Positions 16,982 to 25,772 of a stretch of DNA of 58,878 nucleotides are shown piece by piece. Source of the stretch: an archaeon (GTDB taxonomy: Archaea; Micrarchaeota; Micrarchaeia; CAILAH01); assembly GCA_024274875.1 (NCBI GenBank), contig JAJSAH010000012.1, positions 1 through 58,878 of the forward strand, in the 5' to 3' direction. Positions within the stretch are counted from its first letter, which is position 1, and the number at the start of each line of letters is the position of its first letter. The translations under genes were made by a program, and so were the position numbers. Below the pieces are notes generated by a model. The model saw only the letters and a list, made by a program, of their open reading frames with translations. It ran no database searches and had not been told where the DNA came from.

Positions 16982-17371
16982 TTAAGTAATAGGATTCACT
17001 TTCTTGAATGATGTGGACCGAAGCATTATTTTTTGATTGATTATGTAAAGCTTAGAAAGAGTTTTGTTGCGCTCATGGATAACTAAATCCTGGATGAAGG
17101 AGTCATAGAATTTAGTCATAGATTTAAGATATGCCCTGTCTATCTCGCGAACCTCACCATAATCTTCCTGCCAAACCACATTGTACAATTTGTTATTTTT
17201 CATACGTACGAGCAGGTCGCCTTCTTTTCCATCTACGCTAACAATCCCTCTATAAACTATGCGGATGTTTTTCAGCTCATCCCGTATCTCCCTTGGAAGT
17301 ATATTTAAGATTGAGTGCATCTTCATTGCCCGCTTAACGCCAACCAGTTTTGACAGAAACATGTTTTGCAT
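16982..17371 (-). CDS. Hypothetical protein, 129 aa
   Basis: ATG start, convergent with the methyltransferase. No recognisable motif. Confidence 0.4.
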   Translation of the reverse strand: MQNMFLSKLVGVKRAMKMHSILNILPREIRDELKNIRIVYRGIVSVDGKEGDLLVRMKNNKLYNVVWQEDYGEVREIDRAYLKSMTKFYDSFIQDLVIHERNKTLSKLYIINQKIMLRSTSFKKVNPIT

Positions 17372-17404
17372 ATATGCAAAATTTAATAAAAAGTTAATTG
17401 ATTG

Positions 17405-18781
17405 CTAAAACAACCATGGCAGCAAATTAATCAAGAGCGAAACACTGACTATTATCGCGATCGCTTTAAGAAGAAGCTTGCGCTTATTCCCTAACCCCAA
17501 CTCTAACAATCTATGGCCATCGAAAAGGGGTATTGGAAGGAGATTTACTGTTGCAACAAAAAAGTTCAGCGAAAACAGCAGCGCGAACAGGTTCTTTAGA
17601 AAAGTATACCATCCAAACGATTTCTTTATGTTAGGCTGCAACAGAACGCCAATCCTTGAGTTCTCATTCGTGCTAACATTAAAAAAGCCCCTGCTTGTTT
17701 CAATAAGTATGGTTGAGTTTGGCTCTATTGAATCGCGGTACTCAAGAAATACATCAAAACTATCCATGCTTACACTATTAATCGAATATATCACATCTCC
17801 CTTCTGCACAGGCAGTTCCTCTTTCGCAGCAATAATATACAACCCGCGATCATAAACATCCAATGGAAGAGCCACTAATGACAAGAACAGCATAATGGAA
17901 ATTATTGAAAGCGCAAAGTTTGCAGATGATCCTGCTACGAGCACGCGCGCCTGCTCTGCAACAGATTTTTTTGCCAAAACTTCTTCATCAGGATCAACAA
18001 ATGCGCCAACAGGTATGAATCCAAACAAGAGTATGCCTGCTGATTTTAGGCGAACTCTCGCCACTCTTGATAAGATTGCATGAGCCAGTTCGTGAAAGAA
18101 TAGTATGAACAACAATGCAAGTATGCCCTCAACAAACGGCAGGTTTATTCCAGGCAATAGAAGCGATGCGCCTGGCTGTATCGCGTTCGCACCCCCATTA
18201 AACATGTTTAAGTATAATGAATAAAGTATTGAGAGCGCCTGGTATGCAACGCTTGCAGCGGCGATGAATGAATACCCAACTGCAACTATCGCAACAACTA
18301 TGAGCGGAACTATGTAATCGCCCTGCCCGGAAGCATGCGAATACGAGGACCCGCCCTCATACGGAAACGCTATTACTGATAACGCAATTGGATATAAGTT
18401 TGGCAGGATAAACAGCGCGCTCAGCAGCAAGATTGAAATTCCTATGGCAAAATTCCTCTTCGAAACATGTTTATGCAATAAAGGAGTTAGAAACCCATAC
18501 GCAAGCACAATGCCTATGTCAGCAAAATCGTTCCAGAACTTTGAATACTGCGCAATTTCATCTATCCGATGCAATCCTTCCTTTGTTTTGAGCATCAGCA
18601 TTCCGTAGTAATATTCTATCTTGTACTTCTTATGCAGATAAAACCCATACAACCCCAGCAAAACTACTTCAAGTACAAACTTATGCAAGTCAGATATCTG
18701 CAGGGATAGGATAGCAAGAAATAGCACGAATGTTACCAATAATTCAGCAATCCTGCGCATTAACATATTTTTTGCTGTCAT
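17405..18781 (-). CDS. Site-2 protease family (M50) intramembrane zinc metalloprotease
   Basis: HELAHA (HExxH) within a TM helix, NLLPIPLFDGHRLL motif, multiple TM segments and a central PDZ-like stretch. Confidence 0.8.
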   Translation of the reverse strand: MTAKNMLMRRIAELLVTFVLFLAILSLQISDLHKFVLEVVLLGLYGFYLHKKYKIEYYYGMLMLKTKEGLHRIDEIAQYSKFWNDFADIGIVLAYGFLTPLLHKHVSKRNFAIGISILLLSALFILPNLYPIALSVIAFPYEGGSSYSHASGQGDYIVPLIVVAIVAVGYSFIAAASVAYQALSILYSLYLNMFNGGANAIQPGASLLLPGINLPFVEGILALLFILFFHELAHAILSRVARVRLKSAGILLFGFIPVGAFVDPDEEVLAKKSVAEQARVLVAGSSANFALSIISIMLFLSLVALPLDVYDRGLYIIAAKEELPVQKGDVIYSINSVSMDSFDVFLEYRDSIEPNSTILIETSRGFFNVSTNENSRIGVLLQPNIKKSFGWYTFLKNLFALLFSLNFFVATVNLLPIPLFDGHRLLELGLGNKRKLLLKAIAIIVSVSLLINLLPWLF

Positions 18782-18811
18782 TTATTTAAAGTTGATTGAG
18801 ATAAATGTATT

Positions 18812-19186
18812 ATGGCAGATTGTGAGATTTGCGGTTCAGCGCGCGCGGTTAAGAAGGTTATTGTTGAAGGGGTGGTTTTTAACGCATGCAGCAACTGCGC
18901 ATCGCTCGGCAAGGAGATTGTGGAGAAGGCGAGAGTGCCTAACAATACACAACATCGCGGGTTTAGGCCGAGAAACATCCAGGAAGATATTGTTGAGAAC
19001 TTCCCTGAGATATTGAGAAAAAGCATCAGCAGGCAGGGTCTAAAATATGAAGAACTCGCTAGAAAAATCAACGAAAACGAATCTTATCTAAGAAGAGTCG
19101 TGCGGGGAGATACAATGCCGACAATCAAACTTGCCAAAAAGCTTGAAAAAGCACTTGGAATAAAGCTGATTGAAGAGGTTGAATGA
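18812..19186 (+). CDS. Archaeal MBF1-type transcription factor (zinc ribbon plus HTH)
   Basis: CEICG...CSNC zinc ribbon. C-terminal HTH_3 (GLKYEELARKINENESYLRRVVRGDTMPTIKLAKKLEKALGIKL). Confidence 0.8.
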   Translation: MADCEICGSARAVKKVIVEGVVFNACSNCASLGKEIVEKARVPNNTQHRGFRPRNIQEDIVENFPEILRKSISRQGLKYEELARKINENESYLRRVVRGDTMPTIKLAKKLEKALGIKLIEEVE

Positions 19187-20211
19187 TGGGCGTAGACCTT
19201 GGGAGCCTGGTTATGCCTGAACGCATCGAGTTTAAAGATTTGGAGAACAAGATTGTTGCTATAGATGCATTTAATACTATATACCAGTTCCTATCCATAA
19301 TACGGCAGAGAGATGGCACGCCACTGCTTGATTCAAAGGGCAATATCACGAGTCATTTGTCAGGGCTGTTTTACAGAACTTTGAAACTTCTCGAATATGG
19401 AATCAAACCTGTTTATGTTTTTGATGGGAAACCGCCCTCATGGAAGGAAGGAACAATAAAGACGCGGATCGAAACAAAAGAAGATGCAAAAAAGAAATGG
19501 GAGGATGCATTGAAGCAGGGAAATTTGGATGAAGCAAGGAAATATGCGCAGGCAACAAGCACGCTTACCCCTGAGATGGTTGATGAATCCAAGCAATTGC
19601 TAGATGCTATGGGCGTTCCGCATGTGCAGGCAATAAGCGAAGGCGAAGCTGAAGCGGCATACCTCACTATTGAGGGAAAAACTGACTGCGCTGCATCGCA
19701 GGATTATGATTCACTGCTTTTCGGCGCGCCTGTTTTAATAAGAAACTTAACCGTTAGCGGAAGGAGAAAACTGCCCGGCAGAGACAGGTATGCTGAAGTT
19801 TATGTTGAGAGAATCAACCTAAAAAACTCATTGGAAAATCTTGGGATAAGCAGAGAGCAACTTGTATGGATAGGATTGTTGGTTGGCACAGATTTTAACG
19901 ATGGAGTGAAAGGAATAGGGCCAAAAAAAGGCCTGAAGCTCGTGAAGGAATGCAAATCGCTCAAAGAGGTGCATGCGAAATCCAAATCAGAGGAGGATAT
20001 TGAGCTGTGGAGAAATATTGAGCAATTCTTTATGATCCCAGATGTTAATGATGCTGAGATAGCTTTTAGGGAAATCAATAGAGGGAAGGTAATTGAAATA
20101 TTGTGCGAGAAGCACGAGTTCTCTGAAAATAGGGTTGAGCACGCAATAAACAACTTTGTGCAGCAGAGAAAGGAAAAAATAGGACAGGAAAAACTTGGAA
20201 AATGGTTTTAA
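19183..20211 (+). CDS. fen: Flap endonuclease 1
   Basis: AIDAFNTIYQFLS, PVYVFDGKPP, AEAEAAYL and GTDFNDGVKGIGPKKGLKL. C-terminal PIP-like LGKWF. Confidence 0.95.
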   Translation: MMGVDLGSLVMPERIEFKDLENKIVAIDAFNTIYQFLSIIRQRDGTPLLDSKGNITSHLSGLFYRTLKLLEYGIKPVYVFDGKPPSWKEGTIKTRIETKEDAKKKWEDALKQGNLDEARKYAQATSTLTPEMVDESKQLLDAMGVPHVQAISEGEAEAAYLTIEGKTDCAASQDYDSLLFGAPVLIRNLTVSGRRKLPGRDRYAEVYVERINLKNSLENLGISREQLVWIGLLVGTDFNDGVKGIGPKKGLKLVKECKSLKEVHAKSKSEEDIELWRNIEQFFMIPDVNDAEIAFREINRGKVIEILCEKHEFSENRVEHAINNFVQQRKEKIGQEKLGKWF

Positions 20212-20218
20212 AATATTC

Positions 20219-20278
20219 TCAGGTTGCCCATCTATCTTCACAGCATCGAAATGCTCAGAGATCACCTATTATCATCAT
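20219..20278 (-). ncRNA. Candidate box C/D sRNA (2'-O-methylation guide), 60-nt core
   Basis: Minus-strand layout by plus-strand coordinates: C box AUGAUGA (20272-20278), 13-nt guide, D' CUGA (20255-20258), 13-nt GCAU-UUCG-AUGC hairpin linker, C' GUGAAGA (20235-20241), 12-nt guide, D CUGA (20219-20222). A TATA-like tttttaaa lies about 25-30 nt upstream. Confidence 0.6.
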
Positions 20279-20331
20279 CTGCTAGAATTTTGGGTTAGGA
20301 TGTTTAAAAACATTATGCGCATATACAGAAT

Positions 20332-20850
20332 ATGCGATGTTTCATAGCTGCGGAAGTGCCAAGTTTTGCAATACAATCAATCCTTGAATGCGCAGGAGAG
20401 CTTAATAAGGAATTATGGAGGCCAGTCAAACCTCAGCATATGCATATAACTATTAAATTTCTTGGAGATGTAGGTGAGGATGAAATGCAGGTGTGCAAAA
20501 GCGCGATAGAAGATTGCGCACATGACCAAATACCATTCAAAATATATGAGGGCGGAGCATTCCCAAACCCTAAGTATGCAAGAGTGCTGTTCGCAAAAGT
20601 TGATTCAATGCAACTGCAAAACATTGCAAAGTGCATACATAACAAAACGAAAGGAATAGGAGATGAGCGTCCGTTCGTTCCGCATATCACAATTGCGCGC
20701 GCAAGAAACCGCAAAGTGAATGCAAACGCTGAAATAAAAAAATTAGGCAAACTTAGCATTGAGAGCAAAGTAAAGGCAATTGCGCTCAAGAAAAGCACGC
20801 TCACCCCAAACGGGCCAGTATATGAGGATATATACATTAAGAAAATCTGA
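20332..20850 (+). CDS. thpR: RNA 2',3'-cyclic phosphodiesterase / 2'-5' RNA ligase family (2H phosphoesterase)
   Basis: Two H-x-T-x motifs: HMHITIKFLG and PHITIARA. Confidence 0.8.
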   Translation: MRCFIAAEVPSFAIQSILECAGELNKELWRPVKPQHMHITIKFLGDVGEDEMQVCKSAIEDCAHDQIPFKIYEGGAFPNPKYARVLFAKVDSMQLQNIAKCIHNKTKGIGDERPFVPHITIARARNRKVNANAEIKKLGKLSIESKVKAIALKKSTLTPNGPVYEDIYIKKI

Positions 20851-20884
20851 TTGCAATTAATAAATTTATGCGCGATGTACAGTT

Positions 20885-21439
20885 ATGCGCGCATATATCA
20901 CAGCAGGGTTGCTTTTGCTAATCATATTTGCTGGATGCATAAACCTTGAACCAGAAAGCAAAAACGCACAAGAAGAACAGCAAGCATCTCCCACATATGA
21001 ACAAACTACTCATAAAAATGAAGAAACGCCTAACACTGAAGAACATCCCTCAGAAGAAACTGTAAGCGCGTCCTCAAATGATCTCATCATAACTGAATTG
21101 AACGGGCACAGCGCCGCAGATGCGCCTTTTGCAGCGGAATTTGGCGATACTGAAAATGAAATTATGCTGCATTCTAAATTATTTAAAGGAGTTACTGTAA
21201 CAAAAGCATTCCTTATCGGATGCGGAGAACGGGAATTTGAACATAATGGAGATGTGTTGAAAATCAAATTAGACAATCAAAACTGCGCAAAGTGGCCGTA
21301 TTATAAACTTACAATATCCGTAATAATGTCAGAACGCACGCAGGAGCTTAATGATGCGTTTCCGTTCTGCACTGCGCAGACCAGCATGCCCGGTCTCGCA
21401 ATATGCAGTGCAAACTTTGTTATAAAAAGGGCTGCATAA
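20885..21439 (+). CDS. Hypothetical secreted protein, possible lipoprotein
   Basis: Signal-like N-terminus MRAYITAGLLLLIIFAGC with lipobox-like FAGC, followed by an acidic low-complexity linker. Confidence 0.5.
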   Translation: MRAYITAGLLLLIIFAGCINLEPESKNAQEEQQASPTYEQTTHKNEETPNTEEHPSEETVSASSNDLIITELNGHSAADAPFAAEFGDTENEIMLHSKLFKGVTVTKAFLIGCGEREFEHNGDVLKIKLDNQNCAKWPYYKLTISVIMSERTQELNDAFPFCTAQTSMPGLAICSANFVIKRAA

Positions 21440-21456
21440 AGCAAGGAAAATTAAAA

Positions 21457-22407
21457 TCAAAGTTGTTTTTTGAATTCCTCAACAACAGGCACATTCACGG
21501 CATCAACCGAATATGATTCTGCAAGCAAAGTTGACAGCCAAAACAACTCCTGAATTGCGGTGAATAATTTATACACGCGGGGACCGGAAGACATATCTAT
21601 GCGCAGCGTCTTCACAGATTTATTCGAAAGAATTTGCTCAGTAAGCTGCATCCTCTTTATGTTGCGCTCGTGATCCTCGCTATCATAGATGAATACAACT
21701 GCAAAATCTCCATTAAGCACTTCAAACCCGTTCATCTCGTTGTGGTTCAGTTCAGGGAACACATTGCAAAACGCCTGCGTTTTCGCATTCTCATTCATCG
21801 CAATCTTACCAACCAGCGCAACAACCTTGTTGCGGGATGATGAGTAAAACAGCGGAACTCTCTTATGCAACTCCTGCGAAATACGCTGCGCTTTCGCGCG
21901 AGCATCATCAGAATCAAGTTTTCCGGCAACATACCTTATCTCGCTGTCGCTGATATTAACCGCGCCGAGCTTTGCGCAAACAGATAACAGAACAGATGAG
22001 AGAAGCGGAAGGGCCAGGCGCGGAACTAAATCATCGCGCACCTGCGCATAAGGAATGTTATTATTTTTTGCAAGATCAATCAATTTGCCACCGCTAGAGA
22101 TCACAATGCATGGATGCCCTGAATTAATTATAGATTCGAACGCATCGATTGTTTCTTCGGTGTTGCCAGAGTATGAAATGCATACGTTCAACCCATCGCT
22201 AAACCTCCGCGCATACCCATAGTCCCGATGTATGTAAACAGGCAGGTCTGGAAAATACGATGATAAGAATTCCCCTGGCAGGGCACTGCCGCCCATCCCA
22301 ATCACATTAATCCTATTGTGTTTTTTTGATATGGTAATCTTCTGGCCCAACTCCCATCCCTCAACTACCTGGTCTCCAAAAGATTCAAGCATCTTACGCA
22401 TGTTCAT
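21457..22407 (-). CDS. Bifunctional phosphoglucose/phosphomannose isomerase (SIS domain)
   Basis: VIGMGGSALPGEFL, ISYSGNTEET, 316 aa. Confidence 0.7.
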   Translation of the reverse strand: MNMRKMLESFGDQVVEGWELGQKITISKKHNRINVIGMGGSALPGEFLSSYFPDLPVYIHRDYGYARRFSDGLNVCISYSGNTEETIDAFESIINSGHPCIVISSGGKLIDLAKNNNIPYAQVRDDLVPRLALPLLSSVLLSVCAKLGAVNISDSEIRYVAGKLDSDDARAKAQRISQELHKRVPLFYSSSRNKVVALVGKIAMNENAKTQAFCNVFPELNHNEMNGFEVLNGDFAVVFIYDSEDHERNIKRMQLTEQILSNKSVKTLRIDMSSGPRVYKLFTAIQELFWLSTLLAESYSVDAVNVPVVEEFKKQL

Positions 22408-22466
22408 AAGCCCACCATTGTAATAGCTCGTGCTAAACTTATAAAAATGCGGTAAGATATTTGTTC

Positions 22467-23585
22467 ATGTACACAAAATATTTCATCTGCGAACATTGCA
22501 GTAAAAGGTTTGGTTTAGATGCATTTATGAAAGAATATAAGGGGTTCGCATGCCCACGCTGCGGCAGAATGCTGGAAATTACATATGATTATGAAAGAAT
22601 ACTCGCTAATTTTATGCCTGCGCAGTTCAGGCATATGCCCCCTACTCATATGAAATACTATTTTGCGCTTCCACTCAAAAATCCGCACAAAGCAGTCACG
22701 CTCGGCGAGGGCGGCACACCGTTAGTGAATATTGGGGAAAACGCGTATGTGAAATTTGAGGGTGTAAACCCGACAGGATCGTTCAAAGACAGAGGTTCAT
22801 CTGTTGAGATAAGCAAGGCAGTTGAACTGGGCAAAAAAGAGGTTGTGTGCGCATCAACAGGGAATATGGGGGCAAGCATATCTGCGTATGCATCAAAAGC
22901 AGGGGTCAAAGCAATAATATTTACTCCGGAATTTGCTGAGAAGATCAAACTTAAACAGATGAAATACTACGGCGCAAAAGTTATCAAATGCGGCAGAACA
23001 TACAGCGATGCGCTTATTAAAAGCATAAAATATGCAAAGCTCAATAACGCATACTTAACCGGCGATTACCCATACAGGTTGGAAGGGCAAAAAACCGTTG
23101 CGTATGAAATCGCAGACCAGTTCAATTGCAACGCGCCAGATAACATCATAATCCCTGTTGGCAATGGAACATTATTCTACGCAACATATAAAGCATTCAA
23201 GGAAATGAAATTGTTAGGCATTATTAATAAAATGCCTAAATTGATTGCCGTGCAGGCAAGAGGGTGCGCGCCAGTAGTTAATGCTTTCAGAAAAAACAGG
23301 AAACTGCGAAAAATAAAGAACCCTGAAACAATTGCAGGAGCGATCAATTGCGATAATCCGGTTGAAGGTGAGAATGCGCTTTTAGCAATCAAAAAAACAA
23401 GAGGAGATGCAATTGCAGTGAGCGATGATGAAATGATTAAAGCTAAGAAAATGCTTGCAAGAAAAGGAATATATGCTGAGATATCATCGGCAGCAGCGTA
23501 TGCAGCATATGAAAAAATGAGAATAAGAATTAAAGGAACTGCTGTTATGGTAATAACTGGAATAGGATTTAAAGACAGGAATTAA
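22467..23585 (+). CDS. thrC: Threonine synthase with an N-terminal zinc ribbon
   Basis: CEHC...CPRC ribbon. PLP-Lys motif NPTGSFKDRGS. The track start at 22461 is TTG and the first ATG is at 22467. Confidence 0.85.
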   Translation: MYTKYFICEHCSKRFGLDAFMKEYKGFACPRCGRMLEITYDYERILANFMPAQFRHMPPTHMKYYFALPLKNPHKAVTLGEGGTPLVNIGENAYVKFEGVNPTGSFKDRGSSVEISKAVELGKKEVVCASTGNMGASISAYASKAGVKAIIFTPEFAEKIKLKQMKYYGAKVIKCGRTYSDALIKSIKYAKLNNAYLTGDYPYRLEGQKTVAYEIADQFNCNAPDNIIIPVGNGTLFYATYKAFKEMKLLGIINKMPKLIAVQARGCAPVVNAFRKNRKLRKIKNPETIAGAINCDNPVEGENALLAIKKTRGDAIAVSDDEMIKAKKMLARKGIYAEISSAAAYAAYEKMRIRIKGTAVMVITGIGFKDRN

Positions 23586-24418
23586 TCAAACATAGGGTAA
23601 GCAGCAACATCTATGGAACCTGATTCATTCATTATGTCTTGCGCATATGAAAACTGCGAATCGGTGTAATGGCAGGAGATTGAAGTTGATGTGCTATTCT
23701 CCAAAAATAATGTTATGTTTACATCATATTCAGGCGCACCCCAAATATACACGCCTTCAACGCCTTTTCCAACATCCCCAAACTCAACATTCAACTCGCC
23801 ATCAGTGTAGTTGAGGCGGTATCGATTATTAATTGCCTTGCGCAAATGATATAACTGATTTACATCTGTTCCAGTCATACTTGACGCCTTGAAATGCACA
23901 GGAGTTTCCATCAGGAATTCAAACCACGGAATGCCGTTCACATAATCCGAATATACATAAAGGGTTATGCTTGCATTGTATATGCCTGTTTTATTAAAAT
24001 ACACATATGTCTCGTTGGATGAGTAATTCCTCAAAAGATACAAGCGGTTGTTGCAGGAGATTTGCGAAACATTCCTCGCAATTGAAAATGTGAGGTTAGA
24101 GTGGGTTTTTTGGCGGTATGTCGTGTTGAGATAATCTTCATAATCGCTGAGTTGCAAATAAGGGCTTCTTTCAACACTTTCAACCTGAAATGACTGCACG
24201 GTATGATTCTGCAAAAATGTTGCGCTGTATTTTATCCCATATATCTCGGATAAATCAGTTGATAAGTCATCCAATGCATACGACAATCTTGACATGTGCA
24301 TATTGTATTCAGAAATGCCTCCCCTTTCCCTGTATGAGTTGTTCATCTCAAACATAAACAGTATCAATGAGAGAAATACAAGAACGCTGATGAATGTCAT
24401 AAATACTCCTTTTTTCAT
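23582..24418 (-). CDS. Pilin-like / pilus-associated secreted protein, 278 aa, dense in N-glycosylation sequons
   Basis: N-terminus MKKG-VFMTFISVLVFLSLILFMF (short basic leader plus a hydrophobic helix). I count 13 N-x-S/T sequons. Last gene of the minus-strand pilin operon. Confidence 0.55.
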   Translation of the reverse strand: MKKGVFMTFISVLVFLSLILFMFEMNNSYRERGGISEYNMHMSRLSYALDDLSTDLSEIYGIKYSATFLQNHTVQSFQVESVERSPYLQLSDYEDYLNTTYRQKTHSNLTFSIARNVSQISCNNRLYLLRNYSSNETYVYFNKTGIYNASITLYVYSDYVNGIPWFEFLMETPVHFKASSMTGTDVNQLYHLRKAINNRYRLNYTDGELNVEFGDVGKGVEGVYIWGAPEYDVNITLFLENSTSTSISCHYTDSQFSYAQDIMNESGSIDVAAYPMFD

Positions 24419-24419
24419 A

Positions 24420-24839
24420 TCAATCGCCTTTAAGCTGCTTCAGTTTGTACCACGAGCCAAGCTCTGCAGTGTATGGATATCCTTCATGCACAAATGTCCT
24501 GCGCACATATACATTCACATCATGCTTCCCTCTGCATCCGTGCTTTTTAACCATGCCTACCTTATCGCCAGATTCGTCATATATTCGCAGGTAAAAACAA
24601 TACTGCTCAGGCGTCTCAGATATAAGCTTCTGCGCATTAACCAATTTCCTTCTTGAAAGCTCGTGCAAATACCCTGCCTTATCCATAACAGTAAGCAAAT
24701 CCAACGAATAATCGTAAAGCATTGCGTCCCTGTACAAATCCTGGCTTACTGGCACATTTTCATAAATTACAGTAATGAATGTGGATGCATAAAGAAATGC
24801 CAGAAGCACATCCATCGTGAACACGAATGCCTTTTTCAT
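24420..24839 (-). CDS. Minor pilin-like protein, 139 aa
   Basis: MKKA-FVFTMDVLLAFLYASTFITVIY. Shares an F-T-x-D-(L/V)-(V/L)-x-A motif with the upstream gene. Confidence 0.55.
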   Translation of the reverse strand: MKKAFVFTMDVLLAFLYASTFITVIYENVPVSQDLYRDAMLYDYSLDLLTVMDKAGYLHELSRRKLVNAQKLISETPEQYCFYLRIYDESGDKVGMVKKHGCRGKHDVNVYVRRTFVHEGYPYTAELGSWYKLKQLKGD

Positions 24840-25352
24840 TCAATCACTCCATACTATCAACGATACCTCAACCGCTCTTCCGTCAAGCAGCGCAGGCCGC
24901 CTCACTAAATACTTGCTGGATGATGCAGTCGGCCTCACCCCAGATGAGTAATACACAGTATTGTTTATCATATCGCTCACTTCAAAGTAATACTCTCCAG
25001 TGCTCAACCCCAGCATTTCACGCGTTGCATTATAATCTGAATTCACAAAATACTCAACTCTTTCTATATCAAGAACTCCTCTGCTCGCAGTTATGCTGAA
25101 ATAGATTACATCAGATATGTTATATCTTATAAAATCTTCAGGTTTTGAATAACCATACAACAATTGCTGAGACGCATCGTTCGCCTGATAAGTCAAATCA
25201 ACCCAGTTTCTTGATTGCGAATCAATTGTGAGCAATTCATTGCTCATCTCAAAAACAACTATGATCATTATTAAGGAGAGCAATGATGCTATCACTAAAT
25301 CCGCTGTGAACAACTGGCCCCTGCTGTAATATTTATTCAACGTTAACAACAT
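24840..25352 (-). CDS. Minor pilin-like protein, 170 aa
   Basis: Class III-like leader MLLTLNKYYSRG-QLFTADLVIASLLSLIMIIVVF. Overlaps the upstream gene by 20 nt. Confidence 0.6.
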   Translation of the reverse strand: MLLTLNKYYSRGQLFTADLVIASLLSLIMIIVVFEMSNELLTIDSQSRNWVDLTYQANDASQQLLYGYSKPEDFIRYNISDVIYFSITASRGVLDIERVEYFVNSDYNATREMLGLSTGEYYFEVSDMINNTVYYSSGVRPTASSSKYLVRRPALLDGRAVEVSLIVWSD

Positions 25353-25770
25353 GAACTATGCCTCCTTGCGTATATATCTTCAGGTAGGTTGAATTAAAGT
25401 TTAAGTTAACATTTGATTCGGGTATGGTTAAGTATGAATACGCAACTACTCCATCAAAATCCACAATTATGCTTCTCTCGCTCAGCGAAATATTATAATC
25501 AGACCTGTCTAAATGCGCGTAAACTGCTGCATTATGCCTCTTTGCATGCACCATCAGATTATTTATGCGCGATGCCAACATATCAGCAGTATTCTTTGCC
25601 TTAATGTACTTATCGCGCGTGAGCAGAGTATCAGATATGTTCATATACAAGGCAAACAACGCGAGAAGGATTGATAGATAGAGCACGAGCGCCATCGTAA
25701 ATTCAACGCTCGACTGTCCTCTTGAACTGCGCAAACCTACCAACTTCATCACCATACTATCTCGCGCCAT
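25333..25770 (-). CDS. Pilin-like protein, about 145 aa
   Basis: Leader ...LRSSRG-QSSVEFTMALVLYLSILLALFALY. Start set at the ATG at 25768-25770, two nt after the upstream stop. Later ATGs (MVMKLVG) are also possible. Confidence 0.6.
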   Translation of the reverse strand: MARDSMVMKLVGLRSSRGQSSVEFTMALVLYLSILLALFALYMNISDTLLTRDKYIKAKNTADMLASRINNLMVHAKRHNAAVYAHLDRSDYNISLSERSIIVDFDGVVAYSYLTIPESNVNLNFNSTYLKIYTQGGIVHVVNVE

Positions 25771-25772
25771 TG

